Made by a program: the position numbers and the translations under genes
Notes under the pieces: generated by a model
Told to the model about the DNA's origin: nothing
The model's database searches: none
Seen by the model: only the letters and a program-made list of their open reading frames with translations
NCBI GenBank assembly: GCA_964634795.1
Contig: CAZWLL010000001.1
Span: 13,830-77,829, forward strand
Direction of reading: 5' to 3'
Origin: an uncultured Ruminococcus sp.
GTDB lineage: Bacteria > Bacillota > Clostridia > Oscillospirales > CAG-272
Length of the DNA stretch: 64,000 nucleotides
In this document: piece after piece, positions 6,701-14,396 of the stretch
How the letters are laid out: every line of letters starts with the position of its first letter
Numbering within the stretch: the first letter of the stretch is position 1

Positions 6701-9187
6701 ATGCCGAAAAGTCAATATGTAGATCCCGGTAAAGTTTTCCAGCCCGGATACATTGAATTCGATCCCATTCCTCTTTGCAGATACAATAAAAGTCTTGAAG
6801 AAGAGAAAAAGATTTACTCGAAAAATGATTTTCTTCGTATCTATCATGATATGAGAACCATCCGTGAATTCGAAACAATGCTTAACGAAATTAAGGTTAA
6901 GTCCGAATACAACGGTGTTAAATACAATAACCCCGGTCCCGCTCACCTTTCAATTGGTCAGGAAGCCTCCGCTGTAGGTCAGGCATACTGCCTTGATATC
7001 AATGACTTTACATTCGGTTCTCACAGAAGCCACGGTGAAATTCTCGCAAAAGGTCTTTCTTCCATCAATAAGCTTGACGAAAACGAGCTTTACGACATTA
7101 TGAAGGAATTCCTCGGCGGAAATATTCTTAAGGTTGTTGAAGGAAAACAGAAGAAGCAGGGCGACATTCGTGAACTCGCAAAGGATTTCCTTCTTTATGG
7201 TGCTTTAGCTGAAATATTCGCACGTACAACCGGCTTCAACAAAGGTTTAGGCGGTTCAATGCACGCCTTCTTCATTCCGTTCGGTATCTTCCCGAACAAT
7301 GCTATCGTAGGCGGAGCTGCTCCTATCGCACTCGGTGCAGCGCTTTATAAGAGAGCTAACCACAAAAAAGGCATCGTAGTTGCCAACTCAGGTGACGGTG
7401 CTCTCGGACGCGGTCCTGTTCTTGAGTCTCTCAACTTCTCGTCCATGGATCAGATAACCAAGCTGTGGGGCATGGATGGTAAATACTCTAATGACGGTAT
7501 GCCTATCCTGTTCAACGTATTCAACAACTTCTACGGCATGGGCGGTCAGACAATGGGTGAAACAATGGGCTTCACAAATCCCGCAAGACTTGCAGCAGGC
7601 TTCAATCCCTCCGAAATGCATGCTGAAAAAGTTAACGGATATGATCCTCTTGCAGTTATTGACGCTACCACAAGAAAGAAAGAGATTCTCCTCTCAGGCA
7701 AAGGCCCAGCACTTCTTGAAGTTGCAACATATCGTGTTTCCGGTCACTCACCGTCCGACTCCTCCACATACAGAACTCAGGAAGAAATCGACGCTTGGAA
7801 AGCAGCTGACCCGATTCCCGCATACCGTAAGAAAATGGTTGAAGGCGGCGTAGCTTCTGATGAAGAATTTGCAGCTATAGATGAAGAAATAATCGAACGC
7901 ACAACAAAGATTATTAAGCTCGCTATCGACGACAGCATTTCTCCCAGAATGGACCTCTCAAAAGAGCCTGAAATGATTTCGTCAATCATGTATTCTAACA
8001 ATCACGTTAAATCTATGGATACCACACGTGAGCCTGAAGTTCTTATTCCCAAGGAAGAAGATCCGAGAGTTAAGCAGATTGCCGGCAAATCTCGTTACGC
8101 ATTTGACGAAAAGGGCGAAATGATTCCTAAGATGAAGCTCTTCAACATCCGTGACGGTCTGTTCGAAGCTATCATCGATAAATTCTATGAAGATCCCACA
8201 ACAATCGCCTACGGTGAAGATAACCGTGACTGGGGCGGCGCATTCGCTGTTTACAGAGGACTTACCGAAGCTCTTCCCTACCACCGTTTCTTCAACGCTC
8301 CTATTTCCGAGTCAGCAATCGTCGGCTCCGCAGTTGGTTATGCTGTTGCAGGCGGACGTGCTATAGTTGAGCTTATGTATGCCGACTTTATCGGCTGCGC
8401 AGGCGATGAAATATTCAACCAGCTTTCAAAGTGGCAGGCTATGTCTGCGGGAATACTCAAGATGCCCGTTGTTCTCCGTGTATCTGTAGGCTCCAAATAC
8501 GGTGCACAGCATTCACAGGACTGGACCGCGCTTTGCTCTCATATTCCCGGACTTAAGGTTTGCTTCCCCGCTACACCGTATGACGCAAAGGGTCTCATGA
8601 ACCAAGCTCTTAACGGAACTGACCCCGTTGTATTCTTCGAATCACAGAGAATTTACGATAAGGGTGAAGAATTCCACGAAGGCGGCGTACCGACCGAGTA
8701 TTATGAAGTTGATTTCGGTGATCCCGATGTTAAGAGAGTCGGTAAGGATGTAACAATTCTTACAATCGGCGCCGTTCTCTATCGTGCACTTGAAGCTGCA
8801 AAGAAGCTTGAATCCGAATACGGTATTTCCGCTGAGGTTATCGATGCTCGTTCTATGGTTCCTTTCAACTATGAAAAGGTTATAGAATCCGTTAAGAAGA
8901 CAGGCAAGATTATCATCGTCGGTGATGCTGTAGACCGTGGCTCCATCATGCGTGATATGGCTTCCAATATCACTGAAATGTGCTTCGATTATCTCGATGC
9001 ACCGCCGGCAGTATTCGGCTCACGCAACTGGATAACACCTGCATTCGAGCTTGAGAAGTATTACTTCCCGCAGGCTGACGGAATTATAGACGTTATTTCC
9101 GAGAAGCTTATGCCCATTCCGGGACATGTAACAAAATATAACGAAACAGAACTCGAACATATCAACAGAGCTAAAAAAGGTGTATAA
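6701..9187 (+). CDS. Fused E1 alpha-beta subunit (TPP-dependent 2-oxoacid/acetoin dehydrogenase E1)
   Basis: 828 aa in one frame. The N-terminal half is E1-alpha-like, with the TPP motif GDGALGRGPV...NVFNNFYGMGG. The C-terminal half is E1-beta/transketolase-like (FNAPISESAIVGSAVGYAVAG...VVFFESQRIY...DARSMVPFNYE). An AAAGGAG SD is present. Confidence 0.9.
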   Translation: MPKSQYVDPGKVFQPGYIEFDPIPLCRYNKSLEEEKKIYSKNDFLRIYHDMRTIREFETMLNEIKVKSEYNGVKYNNPGPAHLSIGQEASAVGQAYCLDINDFTFGSHRSHGEILAKGLSSINKLDENELYDIMKEFLGGNILKVVEGKQKKQGDIRELAKDFLLYGALAEIFARTTGFNKGLGGSMHAFFIPFGIFPNNAIVGGAAPIALGAALYKRANHKKGIVVANSGDGALGRGPVLESLNFSSMDQITKLWGMDGKYSNDGMPILFNVFNNFYGMGGQTMGETMGFTNPARLAAGFNPSEMHAEKVNGYDPLAVIDATTRKKEILLSGKGPALLEVATYRVSGHSPSDSSTYRTQEEIDAWKAADPIPAYRKKMVEGGVASDEEFAAIDEEIIERTTKIIKLAIDDSISPRMDLSKEPEMISSIMYSNNHVKSMDTTREPEVLIPKEEDPRVKQIAGKSRYAFDEKGEMIPKMKLFNIRDGLFEAIIDKFYEDPTTIAYGEDNRDWGGAFAVYRGLTEALPYHRFFNAPISESAIVGSAVGYAVAGGRAIVELMYADFIGCAGDEIFNQLSKWQAMSAGILKMPVVLRVSVGSKYGAQHSQDWTALCSHIPGLKVCFPATPYDAKGLMNQALNGTDPVVFFESQRIYDKGEEFHEGGVPTEYYEVDFGDPDVKRVGKDVTILTIGAVLYRALEAAKKLESEYGISAEVIDARSMVPFNYEKVIESVKKTGKIIIVGDAVDRGSIMRDMASNITEMCFDYLDAPPAVFGSRNWITPAFELEKYYFPQADGIIDVISEKLMPIPGHVTKYNETELEHINRAKKGV

Positions 9188-9270
9188 GTTACATTTTGTA
9201 CAGTAGAATCAAGAGTGACACAACACACCACTCACCTACACAGTTGATGTACACAGACTGAGAATTTTTA

Positions 9271-9304
9271 AAAAGGCTGCGGCAAATGCCGCAGCCTTTT
9301 TTTT
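9271..9304. terminator. Bidirectional rho-independent terminator between convergent genes
   Basis: AAAA-GGCTGCGGC-AAAT-GCCGCAGCC-TTTTTTTT: a perfect 9-bp GC-rich stem with an A-run on one side and a T-run on the other. Confidence 0.9.
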
Positions 9305-9344
9305 ATTATGTTACGCCGAAATTACGAAATCGCACCAATCAAAA

Positions 9345-9962
9345 TTATGATAACTTTTTGATATAATCGGAAATAAGCTCAGCCGCGCCGTCAATTCCGA
9401 TTTTTGCGGTAGAAATAACGAGGTCATATTTATCTGCTTTACCCCATTTTTCTCCTGTATAGTAGCTGTAATAATTTGAACGGCGTTTATCCGTCTTTAT
9501 TACAATATCCTTTGCCTGAGAATTTGTCAGCTCATGACGAGTCATAATTCTCTCTACACGAGTATCGAAATCTGAGGTAATAAATACCTTTACCACGTTA
9601 TCCTTCTCGGCAAGCACATAGTCCGCACATCTTCCTACAATTATAGCTCCTTCACCCGAATTTGCTATATCTTTAATGATTTGGGACTGTACAACAAAAA
9701 GCTTATCGTTTATCGGGAGGTTGACATTTCCCATTCCTGTATTATAAATAGATGATCCGAGTGCCAAAGTGTAAAGCAAACTGCTGGCTGCTTTTTCGTC
9801 CACAGTACTGAGTGTCTCTGTTGACATTCCGCTTTTTTGTGCGGCAAGTGTTATCAGATCCTTATCATAAAATTTATATCCGAGTATTTCGGATAATTTC
9901 TTTCCGCATTCACGTCCGCCGCTTCCGTACTCTCTCGCAATTGTTACTATGTAGTTTTTCAT
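9345..9962 (-). CDS. Cytidylate-kinase-like family P-loop protein
   Basis: 205 aa from the ATG at 9962 (GGAGG SD 8 nt upstream). The ORF-track TTG start at 9980 contains that SD. The sequence IVTIAREYGSGGRECGKKLSEILGYKFYDKDLI is typical of the cytidylate kinase-like family. Confidence 0.8.
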   Translation of the reverse strand: MKNYIVTIAREYGSGGRECGKKLSEILGYKFYDKDLITLAAQKSGMSTETLSTVDEKAASSLLYTLALGSSIYNTGMGNVNLPINDKLFVVQSQIIKDIANSGEGAIIVGRCADYVLAEKDNVVKVFITSDFDTRVERIMTRHELTNSQAKDIVIKTDKRRSNYYSYYTGEKWGKADKYDLVISTAKIGIDGAAELISDYIKKLS

Positions 9963-9976
9963 ATAATTATCCTCCT

Positions 9977-10423
9977 TCAATTATTATTTTCAATTTCACT
10001 TATTAAGTTTACTCTTCTCTGATGTTTGCCGCCTTCAAATTCGGTTTCGAGGAATACTTTAGCTATTTCATATGCCAATCCTTCACCGATGACGCGCGCA
10101 CCCATACAAAGTGTATTTGCATCATTATGAAGCCTTGTATATTTTGCGCTGTATGTGTCTGAACAGCATGCAGCACGTATACCTTTGATTTTATTTGCGG
10201 CAATGCTCATTCCGATTCCCGTACCGCATATTAAGATACATAAATCAGCATTCCCGTCCAGCAAATACTTACATGCTTTTTCGGCGAATATCGGATAATC
10301 ACAGCTGTCTTTTGTGTAAGTACCGACATCGTAAATTTCGTAATTATCCGCTGTCAATTGACTTTTGATAATGTTCTTCAAATCAAATCCCGCATGATCG
10401 GACGCAATAACAATTTTTTTCAT
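9977..10423 (-). CDS. rpiB: Ribose-5-phosphate isomerase B (RpiB/LacAB family)
   Basis: 148 aa. Recognised from MKKIVIASDHAGFDLK...CGTGIGMSIAANK... Confidence 0.93.
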   Translation of the reverse strand: MKKIVIASDHAGFDLKNIIKSQLTADNYEIYDVGTYTKDSCDYPIFAEKACKYLLDGNADLCILICGTGIGMSIAANKIKGIRAACCSDTYSAKYTRLHNDANTLCMGARVIGEGLAYEIAKVFLETEFEGGKHQRRVNLISEIENNN

Positions 10424-10436
10424 TTTACACCTATAT

Positions 10437-11153
10437 TTATTTATTTAAGCTTGCAAGACGTTCTTCACGTTCTCGTTCGGCTTGAGACTTTTTTAAATAA
10501 ACGGGTACAAGATTGATATCGTTAAACTCATCTTTATTTCCGTTTGTATATCTTTCATATGCAGCCAAAGCCGCTCCGTATGCGGCATTAGAATCGACTA
10601 CATCGGCATCTACTCCGATATTCTTCAGCTTTTCGAAATTCATATCAGCTGCGTCACCTGTCAGAATAAGCCGCTGATCTATTACCTTATCTCTAATCAA
10701 AGTATGATAATCATCAAATTCAAGCTGCTGCTCATTTGCAAGTTTTGTTAAATCACCGTTTGCAAGATAAATTGAGGTATAAAATGTTCCTCTTCGTGCA
10801 TCAATCATAGGAGTGACAATACCATGACATTTTTTGAGGCTATATGCAAGAGCATCGAGCGATGAAACACCGACACAAGGCTTGGAATCTGCAAAGGCTA
10901 ATCCTTTTATAACACTTACACCAATTCTGACTCCCGTAAAAGAACCGGGGCCTACTGCGGCAGCATATAAATCTATATCATCAAGTGCGATACCGCTTAA
11001 CTTAAGGGCAGAATCAATCATTTTCATAAGTGCGGTTGTATGGCTCGGAGCTTCATACATATAACTTACAATAGGCTTAGCTTTATTATTTTCTGCCTCA
11101 GCAATAGAAACATACGCGGTTTTAGTCGAGGTTTCAACTGCAAGTATTTTCAT
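10437..11153 (-). CDS. tsaB: tRNA t6A37 biosynthesis protein TsaB
   Basis: MKILAVETST..., an ASKHA fold that lacks the TsaD metal site. The start was moved to the ATG at 11153 (GGGGGAG SD 5 nt upstream). The track's GTG start at 11159 overlaps the tsaE stop. Confidence 0.88.
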   Translation of the reverse strand: MKILAVETSTKTAYVSIAEAENNKAKPIVSYMYEAPSHTTALMKMIDSALKLSGIALDDIDLYAAAVGPGSFTGVRIGVSVIKGLAFADSKPCVGVSSLDALAYSLKKCHGIVTPMIDARRGTFYTSIYLANGDLTKLANEQQLEFDDYHTLIRDKVIDQRLILTGDAADMNFEKLKNIGVDADVVDSNAAYGAALAAYERYTNGNKDEFNDINLVPVYLKKSQAEREREERLASLNK

Positions 11154-11155
11154 AT

Positions 11156-11620
11156 TCACTCCCCCTTCATATCAAATTCGCAAAACTTACTGTTATCTAT
11201 TTCTTCCCCGTCGATATTTATGCATCTGGTGTTATCGTCTATTTTCTCAATTTTGACTTTCAACGTGTTTTCAGGTAAAAAACTGCCGAGCTTTTCGCTC
11301 CATTCCGCTATACAGCTTCCGTTCTCAATATATTCGTCAAAACCGAATCCGTCGAGCTCATCTAAGCTGTTAATACGGTACAAGTCAAAATGAAATAGCG
11401 GCATTTTTCCGTTTCTGTATTCGTTTACCAAAGTAAACGTCGGACTTTTAACGCGGCTGCCCGGTGATAAGACAGATGCGAGCCCCCTTACAAATACCGT
11501 TTTTCCCGCACCGAGGTCACCGTACAGTGCAATGAAAAACTTTTTATTTATAAGCATTTCACCGAGTATCCGCCCGATTTTCTCGGTTTGCTCGGTTGAA
11601 TCAGAATATAATTTCAGCAT
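11156..11620 (-). CDS. tsaE: tRNA t6A37 biosynthesis ATPase TsaE
   Basis: 154 aa with the Walker A motif YGDLGAGKTVFVRGL, typical of YjeE/TsaE. Confidence 0.9.
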   Translation of the reverse strand: MLKLYSDSTEQTEKIGRILGEMLINKKFFIALYGDLGAGKTVFVRGLASVLSPGSRVKSPTFTLVNEYRNGKMPLFHFDLYRINSLDELDGFGFDEYIENGSCIAEWSEKLGSFLPENTLKVKIEKIDDNTRCINIDGEEIDNSKFCEFDMKGE

Positions 11621-11630
11621 TGTAATGCAA

Positions 11631-13304
11631 TCAGAATAATCCGACTATCCTTCCGTTATCATCTATATCTATAGAGTTTGCCGCAGGAATTTTAGGCAAT
11701 CCCGGCATCGTGAGAATACTTCCGGTATATGCGACTATAAATCCCGCTCCGGCAGATAATTTAACATCACGAACGGTTATATCGAAATCATGAGGGCGTC
11801 CTAATTTTGTTTGATCATCTGACAATGAATACTGGGTCTTAGCCATACATATCGGATATGTATTATATTTCTCATCAAGCTGTACAATCTCGGCAATAGC
11901 TTTCTTTGCGGCGGTTTCGAACACTACACCGTTTGCTCCGTAAATCTTTTGCGCAATTGTAGTAATCTTATCATAAATGTTCATTTCGTCGGGATACAGA
12001 AGCTTAAATTCGGACTTTTTATCGCAGGCTGCTACAACCTTCTGTGCAAGATCGATTCCGCCCTCACTGCCTTTAGCGAAAACTTCAGACAATGTAAATT
12101 CAGCTCCGTTTTTAATACAAATCTCACGGAGAGTATCAAGCTCAGCGTCTGTATCTGTATCAAAACGGTTTATTGCAACGATAACCGGTATGCCGTAAAT
12201 CTGAAGGTTTTCTATATGCTTTTCGAGGTTAACACTTCCCTTTATTAAAGCATCTATATTTTCGGTTTTAAGCTCCGTCTTGGGTACTCCGCCGTTGTAT
12301 TTAAGAGCTCTTACAGTTGCGACTAAAACGACAGCAGACGGTTTAATACCCGCGAATCTGCATTTGATATCAAAAAACTTTTCCGCTCCGAGATCGGCAC
12401 CGAAGCCTGCTTCGGTAACAGTATAATCCGCGAGCTTTAAAGCTAACTTTGTAGCACGTACAGAATTACATCCGTGTGCTATGTTTGCAAACGGACCGCC
12501 GTGAATAAGCGCGGGAGTATTTTCAGTTGTTTGAACGAGATTGGGATTAACAGCATCTTTTAAGAGAACTGTCATTGCTCCGTCAGCGTGTATGTCGCGT
12601 GCGAATACGGGAGAGCCGTTTTTAGTATATGCAACGAGAATATTTCCGAGTCTTTTCTTTAAGTCGGCTAAATCCTCTGCAAGACATAAAATTGCCATAA
12701 CCTCAGATGCTACTGTAATCATAAAGTGATCTTCACGCGGTATACCGTCAGATTTTCCGCCCAAACCGATAACGATATTTCTCAATGCTCTGTCGTTTGT
12801 ATCGGTAACACGGGTGAATAAAATTCTTCTGGGATCTATATCCAGAGTGTTGCCCTGTTGAATGTGGTTATCTATCATGGCGCAGAGAAGATTATTTGCC
12901 GCGGTAATTGCGTGGAAGTCTCCCGTAAAGTGAAGATTAATATCCTCCATAGGTAAAACCTGTGAGTAACCTCCGCCTGCAGCGCCGCCCTTTAATCCGA
13001 AAACGGGACCGAGAGAAGGCTCACGAAGCGCTATTACAGCTTTTTTTCCTATTTTCGACAATGCCATGCCAAGACCGATAGTGGTTGTTGTCTTACCTTC
13101 ACCCGCAGGTGTCGGGTTAATGGCAGTTACTAAAATAAGCTTTCCGTCAGGATTGTTTTTAACTCTATCAAAGCATTCAGGAGTAATTTTTGCTTTGTAC
13201 TTACCGTACATTTCGAGTTCATCTTCGTTAACATTGAGTTTTTTCGCAATTTCACCGATAGGTTTGAGTTTAGTGGTCTGCGCAATTTCAATATCAGTAA
13301 GCAT
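11631..13304 (-). CDS. fhs: Formate--tetrahydrofolate ligase
   Basis: 557 aa. MLTDIEIAQ...[14 protein letters not shown]... is full-length FTHFS-like. A GGGGAG SD is present. Confidence 0.96.
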   Translation of the reverse strand: MLTDIEIAQTTKLKPIGEIAKKLNVNEDELEMYGKYKAKITPECFDRVKNNPDGKLILVTAINPTPAGEGKTTTTIGLGMALSKIGKKAVIALREPSLGPVFGLKGGAAGGGYSQVLPMEDINLHFTGDFHAITAANNLLCAMIDNHIQQGNTLDIDPRRILFTRVTDTNDRALRNIVIGLGGKSDGIPREDHFMITVASEVMAILCLAEDLADLKKRLGNILVAYTKNGSPVFARDIHADGAMTVLLKDAVNPNLVQTTENTPALIHGGPFANIAHGCNSVRATKLALKLADYTVTEAGFGADLGAEKFFDIKCRFAGIKPSAVVLVATVRALKYNGGVPKTELKTENIDALIKGSVNLEKHIENLQIYGIPVIVAINRFDTDTDAELDTLREICIKNGAEFTLSEVFAKGSEGGIDLAQKVVAACDKKSEFKLLYPDEMNIYDKITTIAQKIYGANGVVFETAAKKAIAEIVQLDEKYNTYPICMAKTQYSLSDDQTKLGRPHDFDITVRDVKLSAGAGFIVAYTGSILTMPGLPKIPAANSIDIDDNGRIVGLF

Positions 13305-13334
13305 ATTTCTTCTCCCCTGTATTTATTCAATTTA

Positions 13335-13363
13335 ATTATAACATACACATATTTTCAATTCAA
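13335..13363 (-). promoter_or_regulatory. Sigma-A-type promoter TTGAAT-17-(TGt)TATAAT for fhs
   Basis: The RC of 13358-13363 is TTGAAT and the RC of 13335-13340 is TATAAT, with a 17-nt spacer and an extended -10 TG. Confidence 0.6.
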
Positions 13364-13393
13364 TTGAATTTTGTGAATAAGCGTATGCTGACT

Positions 13394-13419
13394 AAAAAAA
13401 GCAAGTCATAAAAGCTTGC
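13394..13419 (-). terminator. Weak hairpin with a T7 run immediately after the tRNA
   Basis: The minus strand reads GCAAG-CTTTTATGA-CTTGC-TTTTTTT. The stem is only 5 bp, so strength is doubtful. Confidence 0.45.
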
Positions 13420-13427
13420 TTTTCACA

Positions 13428-13502
13428 CCCGCCCTGAGGGATTTGAACCCTCGACCAACGGAATCGGAATCCGGTACTCTATCCGGGCTGAGCTAAGGGC
13501 GG
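13428..13502 (-). tRNA. tRNA-Arg (anticodon CCG)
   Basis: I folded this by hand as CCGCCCT-TA-GCTC-AGCCCGGATA-GAGT-A-CCGGA-TTCCGAT-TCCGT-TGGTC-GAGGG-TTCAAAT-CCCTC-AGGGCGG-G. It has U8, A14, G18G19, A20, U33, TTC and a 7-bp acceptor stem. No CCA is encoded. Confidence 0.85.
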
Positions 13503-13514
13503 TTTTCTTTTATC

Positions 13515-13543
13515 ATTATAGCATATTTTCGCGCCAAAGTAAA
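13515..13543 (-). promoter_or_regulatory. Promoter TTTACT-17-(TGc)TATAAT for the tRNA
   Basis: The RC of 13538-13543 is TTTACT and the RC of 13515-13520 is TATAAT. The predicted TSS lies only a few nt before the mature tRNA 5' end. Confidence 0.55.
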
Positions 13544-13573
13544 GTGCTGACATGCATTTAAAGATATTTTTAC

Positions 13574-13609
13574 AAAAAAAACAGTACCAATGAATTTCAT
13601 TGATACTGT
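13574..13609 (-). terminator. Rho-independent terminator of the lipoprotein gene
   Basis: The minus strand reads ACAGTATCAATGAA-A-TTCATTGGTACTGT followed by TTTTTTT. Confidence 0.8.
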
Positions 13610-13630
13610 CTGTTATTTGTTTAAATCAAA

Positions 13631-14086
13631 TTATTCTTCTTCGGAGAACTCTGTAGGATTGATGGCTGTTACATTATATGTGTAGCAAATAGCCTGTCCT
13701 TCTGTGATGGCGGTATTGCCGGCTCTGCCTGTTTCGGGTTCTACACCGTCAACTGTGTAATACCATCTGTAGATGTTTTCATCATCGTTGGTGTTTGCGT
13801 ATGTTGTTCCGTCAAATGTGAATGATTCTACACCGAGACCGTTTTCATCAACTTCACAGGGAATTTCAACTGTTTGGCAAGCTTCACGTACAGCCTGAAG
13901 AATTGTCGGCGGATTTTCCGTTGTTCCTTCTACTGTGTATGCGTAGTTGTCAAGCATAACCTCATCATTACAAATGATGGTAACTGTGCAATTTACGCTG
14001 ACTTTTTCTGCACTGCTGCAAGCGGCTAATGTTAAAACAAGCATAACTAATGCGATTGCAAGAGCCGCAACTCTGATCTTTTTCAT
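13631..14086 (-). CDS. Small lipoprotein, DUF4430-like domain
   Basis: 151 aa from the ATG at 14086 (GGAGG SD 6 nt upstream). The signal/lipobox is MKKIRVAALAIALVMLVLTLAAC. The C-terminal ...YRWYYTVDGVEPETG... resembles the DUF4430 (transcobalamin-like) fold from memory. The 22-aa N-terminal extension in the track has no SD. Confidence 0.7.
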   Translation of the reverse strand: MKKIRVAALAIALVMLVLTLAACSSAEKVSVNCTVTIICNDEVMLDNYAYTVEGTTENPPTILQAVREACQTVEIPCEVDENGLGVESFTFDGTTYANTNDDENIYRWYYTVDGVEPETGRAGNTAITEGQAICYTYNVTAINPTEFSEEE

Positions 14087-14123
14087 TTTAAACCTCCAAA
14101 ATGTTTTAATTAAGACCATAATT

Positions 14124-14152
14124 ATTATACTATAGCAAATTACATATGTCAA
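14124..14152 (-). promoter_or_regulatory. Perfect consensus sigma-A promoter TTGACA-17-TATAAT for the lipoprotein gene
   Basis: The RC of 14147-14152 is TTGACA and the RC of 14124-14129 is TATAAT, with an exact 17-nt spacer. Confidence 0.75.
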
Positions 14153-14320
14153 TAGTTAAAAGCATTTATTTTTGACTAATTTAACAAATTTCGCCAACCA
14201 ACTCACAGGATATTTTACTTTTATCAAAGTTTTATCAACTGCGTTCTCGTATATAACGAGATTTCTGTGAGTAAAATCACATATTTCACATATGCTTTTC
14301 ATAGCATCCTTTATATAATC

Positions 14321-14362
14321 AAAACCGTTTGTTCAGCCTTATACGTGCCGAAAAACGGTTTT
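14321..14362 (-). terminator. Hairpin downstream of the PBP gene (possible terminator)
   Basis: AAAACCGTTT (14321-14330) and AAACGGTTTT (14353-14362) form a 10-bp inverted repeat with a 22-nt loop. The 3' arm ends in TTTT on either strand. Confidence 0.4.
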
Positions 14363-14396
14363 GACTATCGTATCGGATACTCTTTTTTAGTTTCGT

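Noticed and set aside
9188-9270. A CA-rich 3' UTR after the E1 gene (GACACAACACACCACTCACCTACACAG) with a small GAGTG/CACTC hairpin, possibly an RNA element.
   Set aside because: It is only a 5-bp stem with no recognisable motif. It is most simply the spacer before the strong terminator at 9271-9304. I cannot support it without comparative data.
13305-13334. I looked for a ZTP (pfl) or THF riboswitch upstream of fhs. Such riboswitches often control one-carbon genes in Clostridia.
   Set aside because: The predicted promoter (13335-13363) leaves a leader of only about 28 nt, too short for either riboswitch. No pfl-like pseudoknot sequence is visible between the tRNA terminator and fhs.
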